The notes below the pieces were generated by a model. The model had not been told where the DNA came from. It worked only from the letters and a program-made list of their open reading frames with translations, and searched no databases. 64,000 nt of DNA, from positions 224,001-288,000 of the forward strand of contig CAWFXA010000003.1 of assembly GCA_963819655.1 (NCBI GenBank), in the 5' to 3' direction. Both the position numbers and the translations under genes were made by a program. Positions 1 to 9,833 of this stretch are shown here, piece after piece. The stretch is from an uncultured Chloroflexia bacterium. GTDB taxonomy: Bacteria > Chloroflexota > Limnocylindria > Limnocylindrales > CSP1-4. Numbering within the stretch: the first letter of the stretch is position 1; each line of letters starts with the position of its first letter.

Positions 1-1629
1 ACCGTCTCGATGCACTCCCGCCCGACCTCGGCGAGCGGATCCGCGACCTGCGTGAGTACGACTTCCTCGAGCAGGACGCACGCCAGCGCTTCGACGAGCT
101 CGTCGAGCGGCTGAGCAAGCAAGTCCTCGACCAGTTCGCGCAGGGGATGAGCGACGCCATCCGCTCGATGACGCCGGAGGACCTCAGCGCGAATCGCGAG
201 ATGGTCCGCGACCTCAACGACCTCATCCGCCAGAGGATCGGTGGGCAGGACCCGGACGTCCGCGACTTCCTCGCGAAGCACGGGCGGTTCTTTCCTGGCG
301 CCCAGACCTTCGACGACATCATCGACCAGCTGGCGCAGCGGATGGCCGCGATGCAGTCGCTCATGCGCTCGCTCAGCCCGGAGCAGCGCGCCGAGCTCGA
401 ATCGATGATGGAAGCGCTCTTACGCGACGACCGCCTCGTGATCGACCTCGCGCAGCTCGCCTCGAACCTCGATCTGCTGCTCCCCGGCGGGCTCGGCGAT
501 CGCGTGCGTTTCAGCGGCGATGAGTCGCTGTCGCTCGATGGCGCCCTCTCCCAGATCGCCCGGATGCAGGCCATGGAGCGCCTCGAGGATTCACTCATGG
601 ACGTCGAAGCACCCGGCGATCTCGCCGCGATCGACCGCGACGACGTCCGCGAGCTCATGGGCGACGACGCCGCCCGCGAGCTCGACGCCCTCGATGACCT
701 CGCCCGGCGCCTGGAGGAAGCCGGCTACCTGACGCGCGACGGCGAGCGGCTCGAGCTGACCCCGCGCGGGACGCGGAAGATCGGCCAGCAGGTCCTCGAC
801 GACCTGTTCGCCCGCCTCGCAGCGCGACGCATTCGGCGGTCACCGCATCGATCGGCAGGGGCGGGGCGGCGAGCGTGAGGAGACCACGAAGCCGTACGAG
901 TTCGGGGATCCATTCCACCTGGACCTGCGCGGCACGCTGTCCAACGCCATGGTCCGCGAGGAGAACGCGCCGGCGGCGCGAGCCGCCCGCGGCGAGCGCG
1001 GTGTCAGGCTGATACCGGACGATTTCGAGGTCTATCGCACCGAGCAGCTCACCAGCACCGCGACCGTCCTGCTCGTCGACATGAGCCGCTCGATGCTTCT
1101 GCGCGGCTGTTTCCTGGCGGCCAAGAAGGTCGCGATCGCCCTCGACACGCTGATCCGGACGCAGTACCCGCGCGACCACCTGTCGGTCATCGGCTTCGCG
1201 TATTACGCGCGGGAGATCCGGCCGGGCGCCCTGGCCGAGCTGACCTGGCACGGCTATGAGTACGGCACCAACCTCCAGCACGGGCTGATGCTCGCCCGTC
1301 GGATCCTGGCGCGGCAGGCCGCTTCGAACCGCGAGATCGTGGTGATCACGGACGGTGAGCCAACCGCCCACTTCGAAGGCGGCCAGGTCGAGTTCAGCTA
1401 CCCACCGACCCGGCGCACCATCAGCGAGACCCTCCGCGAGGTGCAGCGCTGCACGAAGGAGGGCATCACGATCAACACGTTCATGCTCGAGCGGTCGCGC
1501 GCCCTGGCCGAGTTCGTCGCCCACATGACGAAGCTCAACCGCGGTCGGGCGTTCTACGCGACGCCGGAACGCCTCGGTGAGTACGTGCTGGTCGACTTCG
1601 TCGGACGGCGCTCGAAGCGGGTGTCGTAG
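1..1629 (+). CDS. vWA domain-containing protein (ChlD/CoxE-like), 5'-partial, with an apparent +1 frameshift near 815-820
   Basis: The frame is open from the window edge (RLDALPPDLGERIRDL...). After ...LFARL the coding-like sequence continues in another frame (QRDAFGGH...KPYEFGDPFHLDLRGTL) into ORF 949-1629. That ORF has MIDAS elements LVDMSRSM, GTN and VITDGEP. Confidence 0.8.
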
Positions 1630-1691
1630 GGCGTATCCTCCCGCGGGACGCGGCTGATCCGGGGGGCGAGTCGCGCTGAGGGAGGGTCGTC

Positions 1692-2174
1692 GTGGACTTC
1701 ACAAGCTTCTTGCCGTGGTTGCTGTTCTTGCACGTTCTCGGGGCGATCGTGGCCTTCGGGCCGACGTTCGCCTTCTCGATCATCGGGGCGATGGGCGGCA
1801 AGGAGCCGCAGCACGCGAACTTCGCGACGCGGGTATCGGCAAGGATCTCGGATCGGCTCGTCGTGCCGCTGGCTATCTTCCAGGGAGTGACCGGCGTCCT
1901 CATCATCCTGATCAGCGGCCGGGATCTCCTTGCGTCGCGATGGCTCCTGCTCGCGATCGTGCTGTATGCGATCGCGCTGGGCTTCTCGCTGTTCGTCCAG
2001 CGAAAGAATGTCCAGCGGATCATCGACCTGACGTCCGCGCCGCCACCGCCCGGGGCGACAGGCCCTCCACCGGGGCTGCCCGAGGTGGTGGCGAGGGTCC
2101 AGCGTGGCGGGATGTTCACCGGCGCGCTGATCGTCGTGATCGTGTTCCTGATGGTGGTCAAGCCGGCGTTCTAG
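1692..2174 (+). CDS. DUF2269-like integral membrane protein
   Basis: GTG start after GGAGG; four hydrophobic segments; LFLHVLGAI N-terminal motif and C-terminal LMVVKP. Confidence 0.75.
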   Translation: MDFTSFLPWLLFLHVLGAIVAFGPTFAFSIIGAMGGKEPQHANFATRVSARISDRLVVPLAIFQGVTGVLIILISGRDLLASRWLLLAIVLYAIALGFSLFVQRKNVQRIIDLTSAPPPPGATGPPPGLPEVVARVQRGGMFTGALIVVIVFLMVVKPAF

Positions 2175-2237
2175 GGCCGGCGGGCGTCGCGCCGCTACCA
2201 TGGTCTCCGAGACATTCGACAAGGAGACCGCCGACCG

Positions 2238-3659
2238 ATGCCGCACGTCGCGACGAGCCCGCAGGACCTGATCGAGACGATCCGCCCCGCCGCCCACCTC
2301 GACGGTGACCGCCTCGTCATCGACGACGAGCGGACCTTCCGCGACACGACCATCCGCGATCTCGCCTGGACCGCCGCGTTCTCGACCGACGACGCCACGA
2401 CCGAGGCTGCCCAGTGGCTGGTCTGGGAGGCGAGTCAGGAGCTGGGTGCGCTCTCGGCCAGCATCCAGGAGCTATACACGGCACGTGGTCGAGGCGAGGT
2501 ATCGGGCTTCACGGTCCCGGCGATCAATCTGCGAGCGCAGACGTTCGACATGGCGCGGACCGTATTCGATGCGGCCCAGAGCGCCGACGTCGGCGCGGTC
2601 ATCCTCGAGATCGCCCGCAGCGAGCAGACCTACACCTATCAGCGGCCGATCGATTTCGCGACGTCGGTCCTCGCCGGCGCGGTCGCCGCGAACTGGCGGG
2701 CGCCGGTGTTCATCCAGGGCGACCACTACCAGTTCAACGCCAAGAAGTACGCGGCGGATCCGGAGGCGATGACCGAGGAGATCCGGCGCGCCTGCCGCCT
2801 CGCCGTCGCCGCGGGCTATCGCAATATCGACATCGATTCCTCGACTCTCGTCGACCTGTCGAAGCCGACCGTCGACGAGCAGCAGCGCGAGAACTACGTC
2901 CGCGCGGCCGAATTGACCGCGCTGATCCGGTCCCTCGAGACCGACGGAGTGACGATCAGCGTCGGTGGCGAGATCGGCGAGGTCGGCCACAAGAACTCGA
3001 CGGTCGAGGAGCTGCGCGCCTATCTCGATGGGTACCGCGGCGAGCTCGAGTCGCTCGCACCCGGCGCGACCGGGATCTCCAAGGTCAGCGTCCAGACCGG
3101 GACGAGCCACGGTGGGGTGCCACTGCCCGGCGGCGGCGTCGCCGAGGTCAAGCTCGACTTCGACGTGCTGCGCGAGCTCGGCGAGGTCGCCCGCACCTAC
3201 GGGCTGGCCGGGGCCGTCCAGCATGGCGCCTCGACCCTGCCCGACGAGCTGTTCCACCGCTTTCCGGCGGTCGAGACCGCCGAGATCCACCTGGCGACCG
3301 GCTTCCAGAACGCGCTATATGAGCACCCCGCGTTCCCCGCCGAGCTCCACAAGAAGATCGAGGCATGGGTGTTCGAGAACGCCGCCGACGAGCGCAAGCC
3401 CGAGCAGACCGACCAGCAATTCGTGTACACGACCCGCAAGAAGGCGATCGGGCCGTTCAAGCGCGAGCTATGGGACCTGGAGGCGAAGGGCGAGATCCTC
3501 GCCGCCCAGCGCCGCAAGTTCTCGTTCCTGTTCACGGAGCTGGGCGTCAACGGGTCGCGCGAGATGGTGACGGCGTACATCCGGCCGGTCGAGTTCCATC
3601 GGCCGATGCCGGGATCGCTCCGAGAAGCAGCCGCCGCAGGGTTGGGGAGCGCACGTTGA
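2238..3659 (+). CDS. class II fructose-bisphosphate aldolase family protein
   Basis: AAGGAG SD. Motifs VPAINLR, IQGDH, DIDSS, GEIGEVG, GTSHGG and VQHGAS (metal-binding histidines). Confidence 0.85.
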   Translation: MPHVATSPQDLIETIRPAAHLDGDRLVIDDERTFRDTTIRDLAWTAAFSTDDATTEAAQWLVWEASQELGALSASIQELYTARGRGEVSGFTVPAINLRAQTFDMARTVFDAAQSADVGAVILEIARSEQTYTYQRPIDFATSVLAGAVAANWRAPVFIQGDHYQFNAKKYAADPEAMTEEIRRACRLAVAAGYRNIDIDSSTLVDLSKPTVDEQQRENYVRAAELTALIRSLETDGVTISVGGEIGEVGHKNSTVEELRAYLDGYRGELESLAPGATGISKVSVQTGTSHGGVPLPGGGVAEVKLDFDVLRELGEVARTYGLAGAVQHGASTLPDELFHRFPAVETAEIHLATGFQNALYEHPAFPAELHKKIEAWVFENAADERKPEQTDQQFVYTTRKKAIGPFKRELWDLEAKGEILAAQRRKFSFLFTELGVNGSREMVTAYIRPVEFHRPMPGSLREAAAAGLGSAR

Positions 3660-3730
3660 CGGCGCCGTAGGGCGGCCGACGGCTTTTTCGCGGCCGTCCA
3701 GCAGCCGGCTCGCGACCACCGAGACGGGCG

Positions 3731-3758
3731 TTGACTCCGCGCAACCCGGTGCTATCCT
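3731..3758 (+). promoter_or_regulatory. sigma70-type promoter for the APC permease operon
   Basis: TTGACT (3731-3736), 16 nt spacer, extended -10 TGcTATCCT (3750-3758). Confidence 0.6.
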
Positions 3759-3869
3759 CGCGCGCACGGATCGACCGGCGAGGGAGCCGCGTCGGCCGAG
3801 ACTCCGCGTCCTCGCGTCCACTCCGAGAGGTCAGTCTCGCGCCCCGGCGCAGAGCTAGAGGAGGGAATC

Positions 3870-5510
3870 GTGGCGGGATCCGTCGACTCCCAGGAGGTCG
3901 CCGCGCGCGACGACGCGCAACTTCGCCAGCTCGGGATCAAGCCTGAGCTCCGGCGCACGCTGGGATTCCTGTCGAACTTCGCGATCGCGTTCAGCTTCAT
4001 CAGCGTATCGACCGGGTCGTACGGCAACTTCTCGATCGGGATCGGGCAGGCGGGACCGGCCTTCTTCTGGTCGTGGCCGATCGTGATCATCGGTCAATTG
4101 GTCGTCGCGCTCGTCTTTGCCGAGCTGGCCAGCCATTTCCCGGTGGCAGGGTCGATCTATCAGTGGTCGAAGCGACTGTCGAACCGGACCCTGGGATGGT
4201 TTACCGGTTGGTTCTATTTCTGGGCACAAGTCGTAACGGTCACGGCCGTCGCCGTCATCGTCGGCTACGTGATCGACGGGATCCATGCCGGGCCTGTCGG
4301 CGACGTACCGTTCCTGGACTCGCCTGACCCGTTCGGGTTCACGTCGATGTTCACGTTCATCGCACTCGTGACCCTGCTCATCACGACCCTGATCAACGCC
4401 TACGGCGTACGCCTGCTCGCGATCCTCAACAACATCGGTGTCGCAACCGAGATCCTCGGGATGGTCGTGTTCGCGCTCATCCTGTTGTTCTTCGCGAACA
4501 ACCAGTCGCCCAGCGTCCTGTTCGACACGGCCGGGACCGAAGCCGCGACGGGCGGAAACTATCTGCCGGCCTTCGCACTCGGGATGTTCATGGCCCTGTT
4601 CGTGGTCTACGGGTTCGACACGGCGGGAACATTCGGAGAGGAGACGCTCGATGCCAGCCGGCAAGCGCCCCGAGGCGTCATCTGGTCGGTCATCATCTCC
4701 GGACTCGTCGGGACCCTGTTCCTGATCGCCGTCATCCTCGCTATCCCGAACATGGCGGATGCGATCGCCGAAGGACAGGCGCTCGGGTTCCCGATCGCCA
4801 CGACGATCCTGGCGACGCTGAACGCCGAGATCGTCGCCGGCATCACCGTCGGCGAGATCTACCTCTTCGTCATCCTCGCGTCCGTGTTCGTGTGTACGTT
4901 GGCGATCCACGGCGCGGCGACCCGGATGATGTTCTCGATGAGCCGCGACCGCCATCTCCCCCTGGGCTCCATCTGGGGGCGGGTGAACGGCACGTTCAAG
5001 ACTCCGGCGAACGCAGCGATCGCGGTCGGCGTCCTCGCAGCGATCCCGATCCTCGTCATCGGGCCGGCCGGCGGCTTCTCGGTGTCGATCGCCGCAACGG
5101 GCCTGATCTACCTGAGCTACCTGCTGACCAACCTCGGCGTCGCCGTTGCCCGGAGCCGTGGCTGGCCACGGCAGCGTGCCTGGTTCAACCTCGGGCGATG
5201 GGGGATGCCAGTCAACATCCTCGCCATCGTTTATGGCGGCGTGATGCTCCTGAACATCGCGCTGTGGCAGGACCCTGGGCTGTTCGGCGATTTCGGCGGC
5301 GCCGGTCGAGCGATCACCAACCCCACCATCGATGGGTTCCTCAAGCCCTTCGGCAACGCGATCGCCGGGATGCCCGCGTGGCCCGTCTTCGAGACGTTGG
5401 TGGGGACCCTCCTCGTCGTCGGAGCCATCTATTACGCGGTCAGCGTCCGCGGTCGCGCGGCCGACGTCGAATCGGCCGATGCCGTGACCGGCGAGGCGAC
5501 CATCGGCTGA
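3870..5510 (+). CDS. APC-family amino acid/polyamine permease
   Basis: GTG after GAGGAGG. LRRTLGFLSNFAIAFSFIS, FAELASHFPVAGSIYQW and GFDTAGTFGEET motifs; about 12 or more TM helices. Confidence 0.9.
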   Translation: MAGSVDSQEVAARDDAQLRQLGIKPELRRTLGFLSNFAIAFSFISVSTGSYGNFSIGIGQAGPAFFWSWPIVIIGQLVVALVFAELASHFPVAGSIYQWSKRLSNRTLGWFTGWFYFWAQVVTVTAVAVIVGYVIDGIHAGPVGDVPFLDSPDPFGFTSMFTFIALVTLLITTLINAYGVRLLAILNNIGVATEILGMVVFALILLFFANNQSPSVLFDTAGTEAATGGNYLPAFALGMFMALFVVYGFDTAGTFGEETLDASRQAPRGVIWSVIISGLVGTLFLIAVILAIPNMADAIAEGQALGFPIATTILATLNAEIVAGITVGEIYLFVILASVFVCTLAIHGAATRMMFSMSRDRHLPLGSIWGRVNGTFKTPANAAIAVGVLAAIPILVIGPAGGFSVSIAATGLIYLSYLLTNLGVAVARSRGWPRQRAWFNLGRWGMPVNILAIVYGGVMLLNIALWQDPGLFGDFGGAGRAITNPTIDGFLKPFGNAIAGMPAWPVFETLVGTLLVVGAIYYAVSVRGRAADVESADAVTGEATIG

Positions 5511-5533
5511 ACGAACATCCCGGGAGGAGGAGT

Positions 5534-5561
5534 GCGGCGCGGCGAGCGATCGCCGCGCCGC
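5534..5561 (+). promoter_or_regulatory. perfect 12-bp GC hairpin with GNRA (GCGA) loop between an SD and a start codon
   Basis: gcggcgcggcga-gcga-tcgccgcgccgc, followed by ttctt and then ATG at 5567; GGAGGAGG lies at 5523-5530. Confidence 0.6.
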
Positions 5562-5566
5562 TTCTT

Positions 5567-6508
5567 ATGACCGACGACGGGACCCTGCAGAGCGACCTAC
5601 ATGATCAGCTTGTCGCTGCGATGCAGCGCGTCCCGGAGCTGGCCGGTCACGAGCTGGTCCTGACCTTTCTCAGCGGCGGCATCACGAACCGCAACTTCCT
5701 GGTCACGATCCGTGGCGAATCCGACCGCTACGTCATCCGCCTTGCCGGCAATGACACGCATCTCCTCGGCATCAGTCGGGAGGTCGAGCACGCGGCGACG
5801 GTCGCGGCCGCGGGCGTGGGCGTCGGGCCGGAGGTCACCGCCTTCATCCGACCGGAGGGCTACCTCGTCACGCGCTACATCGAGGGCTCACCGGTCAGTT
5901 TCGAGCAGGTCCGCCAGCGCGCGACGCTGGCGCGGATCGCCGATTCGTTGCGCCGCATCCACCAGGGTCCGGCTATCCCTGGCCTGTTCGTGCCGCTCCG
6001 GATCGTGGAGGCGTATCGCGCGCTGGCGATGGCCCGCGGCGTGCCCATCCCGCCCGAGTATGAGCTCGCCGCCGCCGTCGGGCGCCGCATCGAGCTCGCC
6101 TGCCTTGCGGACCCGGTCGAGCTGCGGCCGTGTCACAACGACCTCCTCAACGCGAACTTCATCGACGACGGCAGCCGCATCCGCGTCGTCGACTGGGAGT
6201 ACGCGGGGATGGGCGATCCCTACTTCGATCTCGGCAACTTCAGCATCAACCACGAGCTCACGCCCGACGACGATGCCTACCTACTGTCTGCGTACGAGGA
6301 CCCTCGACACGGCACCCACCTGGGGCGCCTCTCGCTCATGCGCGTCGTCTCGGATTTCCGGGAGGCCATGTGGGGCGTCCTCCAGCAGGGGATCAGCACG
6401 CTCGATGTCGACTTCGCCGCCTATGCCGGCGAGCACTTCGATCGACTCCTGGTGAATGCCTCGACGCCGGCGTTCGAGCGTGCCCTGCGCGAGACCGCCG
6501 GCGACTAG
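5567..6508 (+). CDS. choline/ethanolamine kinase-like phosphotransferase (APH superfamily)
   Basis: LSGGITNRNF P-loop, Brenner motif CHNDLLNANF and VDWEYAGMGDPYFDL. Start taken at ATG 5567 inside track ORF 4892-6508. Confidence 0.9.
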   Translation: MTDDGTLQSDLHDQLVAAMQRVPELAGHELVLTFLSGGITNRNFLVTIRGESDRYVIRLAGNDTHLLGISREVEHAATVAAAGVGVGPEVTAFIRPEGYLVTRYIEGSPVSFEQVRQRATLARIADSLRRIHQGPAIPGLFVPLRIVEAYRALAMARGVPIPPEYELAAAVGRRIELACLADPVELRPCHNDLLNANFIDDGSRIRVVDWEYAGMGDPYFDLGNFSINHELTPDDDAYLLSAYEDPRHGTHLGRLSLMRVVSDFREAMWGVLQQGISTLDVDFAAYAGEHFDRLLVNASTPAFERALRETAGD

Positions 6509-6529
6509 CACAGCGGCTACGCTTCGATG

Positions 6530-8983
6530 ATGGAACAGGCCCAGGCGGTGATCATCGGCGGCGGGGTCGGGGGCACGTCGATCGCCTATCACCTGGCGGA
6601 CCGCGGGTGGCGCGACATCATGCTCGTCGAGAGGGCTGAGCTGACGAGCGGCTCGACCTTCCACAGCGCCGGGTTGGTGGGCCAGCTGCGCGGGTCGGTG
6701 ACACTCACGAAGATGATGATGTACGGCACGGACCTGTACCGCCTCCTCAACGACGAGACGGGCACGGACCCGGCGTGGCACGAGGTCGGTTCGATCCGGC
6801 TGGCGTCGTCGACGGAGCGCATGCACGAGCTCGAGCGCCAGGCGGGGTGGGCGAAGACCTTCGGGCTGCCGATGGAGCTGATCGACGCACAGGAGGCGCA
6901 GGATCGTTTCCCGTTGATGTCGATCGACGGCGTGCTCGGTGGCGTCTGGCTGCCGACCGATGGCTGGCTCGATCCGTCCGGGCTGGCCCACGCGCTGGCG
7001 GCCGGTGCGCGGCAGCGCGGGGCGGCCATCCGGGCAGAGACACGGGTCGTCGGCATCGGCGTCGAGCGGGGGCGCGTCGCATGCGTGACGGTCGAGCACA
7101 AGGGTGAGCGTTCCGACATCCAGACCGAGGTCGTCATCAACGCCGCCGGCATGTTCGCACCCGAGGTCGGGCAGATGGTCGGCGTGACCGTGCCGATCAT
7201 CCCGATGGCGCACCAGTACCTGTTCACCGAGCCCCTCGAGGGCGTAGCCCCGAGCCTGCCGCAGCTGCGCGACCCGGACAACCTCGTGTACTTCCGCGAG
7301 GAGGTCGGCGGGCTGTGCATGGGGGGCTACGAACGCGACCCGGCGCCGTGGTCGCTCGAGGGCGTGCCGCCAGATTTCAACGGCAAGCTGCTGGCCCCCG
7401 ACATGCCGCGTTTCGAGCCGATCATGGAGGGCGCCATCCGCCGCGTGCCCGCGATGGAGGAGGCGCGCGTCAGCCGGGTGATCAACGGACCGGAGGCCTT
7501 CACCCCTGACAACGAGTTCATCCTCGGCGAGTCCGATGTCCGCGGCTTCTGGGTCGCGGCGGGGTTCTGTGCGCACGGGATCGCCGGCGCAGGCGGCATC
7601 GGGCGGCAGATGGCGAGCTGGATCGTCGACGGCGAGCCCGAGCTGGATCTCTGGAAGATGGACATCCGCCGTTTCGGGGCGGCGTACCGGTCGCAGACCT
7701 ACACGCTGGCTCGGTCGATCGAGAACTACGCGACCTACTACGACATCCATTACCCGAACGAGGAACGGCAGGCGGGTCGCCCGTTGCGGACATCGCCGAC
7801 CTATGACGATCTCGCCCGGCTGGGCGCCGTGTTCGGCGAGAAGTCGGGTTGGGAGCGCCCGAACTGGTTCGAGCCGAACGCGGACCACGCGCGATTTGGT
7901 GGTCGCGAGGCGCTCGAAGCACTCCGGCCGCGGGGCTGGGCGGGTCATCACTGGTCGCCGGCGATCGCTGCCGAGGCGCTCGCGACGCGCCAGGCCGCTG
8001 CGCTGTTCGACGAGTCGTCGTTCGCCAAGCTCGAGGTCGCGGGGCAGGGCGCCTGTGCGTTCCTGCAGCGGGTCGCGGGCAACGACATCGACCGGCCCGT
8101 CGGATCGATCGTGTACACGCAGCTGCTCGACCGCCGTGGCGGCATCCAGGCCGATCTGACCGTCACGCGCCGCGCGGACGACCGGTTCATGCTCGTGACC
8201 GGCACCGCGTACGGCAACCACGACGCGGGCTGGCTGCGTTCGAACCTGCCCGACGACGGCTCAGTCGAGATCCGGGACGTGACCTCGTCGCGCGTCTGCT
8301 TCGGCCTGTGGGGACCCCGGGCACGCGACATCCTCGCCGCGTTGACGCGCGACGACGTGTCGGACGCCGGCTTCCCGTACCTCACCGCGCGCGAGATCAG
8401 CGTCGGGTCGGTGCCGCTCCTGGCCCTGCGGGTCACGTATGTCGGCGAGCTCGGCTGGGAGCTGTACGCCCCGACCGAGTACGGACGGTCGCTGTGGTCC
8501 GCCCTGTGGGAGGCAGGGCTCGAGCACGGGCTGGTCGCCGGTGGCTACCGGGCGATCGAGGCGCTCCGACTGGAGAAGGGCTATCGCGTCTGGTCGAGCG
8601 ACATCACACCCGACGAGACCCCGTTCGAGGCGGGTTTGGGCTTCGCCGTTTCTCTCGACAAGCCCGAGCCATCCCTGGCGCACGACGCGCTGGTCGAGGC
8701 AAAGGCGAATGGGCCAGGCAAGCGGCTGCGCTGTCTCGTCCTCGACGACCCGCTCGACGTCTGCCTCGGCAACGAGCCGGTCCGGGTCGATGGCGACATC
8801 GTCGGGCGGGTGACCAGCGGCGGCCAGGGCTTCGCGATCGAGAAGTCGATCGCGTACGCGTACCTGCCGCCCGACCGGGCGATCGGCACGCGCGGAGAGG
8901 TCGAGGTGTTCGGCCGATGGGTCGGCTTCGAGGTCGTGCACGAGCCGCTGTACGACCCCGACAACGCCAGGATCCGCTCGTGA
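6530..8983 (+). CDS. GcvT-family FAD-dependent oxidoreductase (dimethylglycine/sarcosine dehydrogenase-like)
   Basis: IIGGGVGG FAD motif, SGSTFHSAG, FTPDN, GWERPNWF, RVTYVGELGWELY and LRLEKGY (folate-binding GcvT domain). Start is 6527 or 6530. Confidence 0.92.
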   Translation: MEQAQAVIIGGGVGGTSIAYHLADRGWRDIMLVERAELTSGSTFHSAGLVGQLRGSVTLTKMMMYGTDLYRLLNDETGTDPAWHEVGSIRLASSTERMHELERQAGWAKTFGLPMELIDAQEAQDRFPLMSIDGVLGGVWLPTDGWLDPSGLAHALAAGARQRGAAIRAETRVVGIGVERGRVACVTVEHKGERSDIQTEVVINAAGMFAPEVGQMVGVTVPIIPMAHQYLFTEPLEGVAPSLPQLRDPDNLVYFREEVGGLCMGGYERDPAPWSLEGVPPDFNGKLLAPDMPRFEPIMEGAIRRVPAMEEARVSRVINGPEAFTPDNEFILGESDVRGFWVAAGFCAHGIAGAGGIGRQMASWIVDGEPELDLWKMDIRRFGAAYRSQTYTLARSIENYATYYDIHYPNEERQAGRPLRTSPTYDDLARLGAVFGEKSGWERPNWFEPNADHARFGGREALEALRPRGWAGHHWSPAIAAEALATRQAAALFDESSFAKLEVAGQGACAFLQRVAGNDIDRPVGSIVYTQLLDRRGGIQADLTVTRRADDRFMLVTGTAYGNHDAGWLRSNLPDDGSVEIRDVTSSRVCFGLWGPRARDILAALTRDDVSDAGFPYLTAREISVGSVPLLALRVTYVGELGWELYAPTEYGRSLWSALWEAGLEHGLVAGGYRAIEALRLEKGYRVWSSDITPDETPFEAGLGFAVSLDKPEPSLAHDALVEAKANGPGKRLRCLVLDDPLDVCLGNEPVRVDGDIVGRVTSGGQGFAIEKSIAYAYLPPDRAIGTRGEVEVFGRWVGFEVVHEPLYDPDNARIRS

Positions 8984-9783
8984 GCACGGTCGACGAGCGG
9001 CGCGCCTGGGTCGACCTGGGTCTGGCGATCGCCGACAAGGCCGATGCGATCGCCCTGCGCCATTTCCGGCGCGACCTCGAGATCAGCACGAAGCCCGATC
9101 GCACTCTCGTCACCCAGGCCGACACGGCGATCGAACGCATGATCCGCGAACGGATCCTGGCGGCCCATCCGGATCATGGGCTGGTGGGCGAGGAATATGG
9201 GGTAGAGGCGCCCGATGCGCGCGTCCGCTGGTACATCGACCCGATCGACGGCACGCACAACTTCGTCCGTGGGGTGCCGCTGTTCGGGATGCTGCTGGGC
9301 GTCGAGGAGGATGGCGAGCTCCAGGCCGGCGTGATCTCCGCGCCTGCCCTCGGTGAGCGCTGGTACGCCTGGGGTGGCGGCGGAGCCTGGGCCGTTCGGG
9401 CGGCGTCGGGTGAAGGACCGCGACGCATCCGGGTGTCCACTGTCGCCGCGCTCGAGGACGCCCAGCTGCTGTACGGGAGCGCCCGCGACATCCGGCGGTC
9501 CGGGCGAGCCCCCGGGTTCGAGTCGCTCCTCGATGACGTGTGGCGAGAGCGTGGGTTCGGCGATTTCTGGGGATACGCACTCGTCGCGGAGGGCGCAGCC
9601 GAGGGCATGGTCGAGGTCGACCTGTCGACCTGGGATGCGGCGGCTCCCGCGATCGTGGTCCAGGAGGCCGGTGGGCGGTGGACGGACCTGGACGGGGCCC
9701 GTCGGATCGACACCCGTACCTTTCTGGTCAGCAACGGTGTCCTTCACGATGAGCTGCGTGAAAGGTTGCTCCACACCGGCTGA
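8980..9783 (+). CDS. hisN: inositol monophosphatase family protein, HisN-type histidinol-phosphatase-like
   Basis: GTGA overlap with the upstream stop. KPDRTLVTQAD, GEEYG, WYIDPIDGTHNF, RGFGDFW and WDAAA...EAGG motifs. Confidence 0.7.
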   Translation: MSTVDERRAWVDLGLAIADKADAIALRHFRRDLEISTKPDRTLVTQADTAIERMIRERILAAHPDHGLVGEEYGVEAPDARVRWYIDPIDGTHNFVRGVPLFGMLLGVEEDGELQAGVISAPALGERWYAWGGGGAWAVRAASGEGPRRIRVSTVAALEDAQLLYGSARDIRRSGRAPGFESLLDDVWRERGFGDFWGYALVAEGAAEGMVEVDLSTWDAAAPAIVVQEAGGRWTDLDGARRIDTRTFLVSNGVLHDELRERLLHTG

Positions 9784-9833
9784 TCGGAGGCCTGGCAGCC
9801 CGGCCTCATGTGGGGATCAAGCGACGAGCTCCG

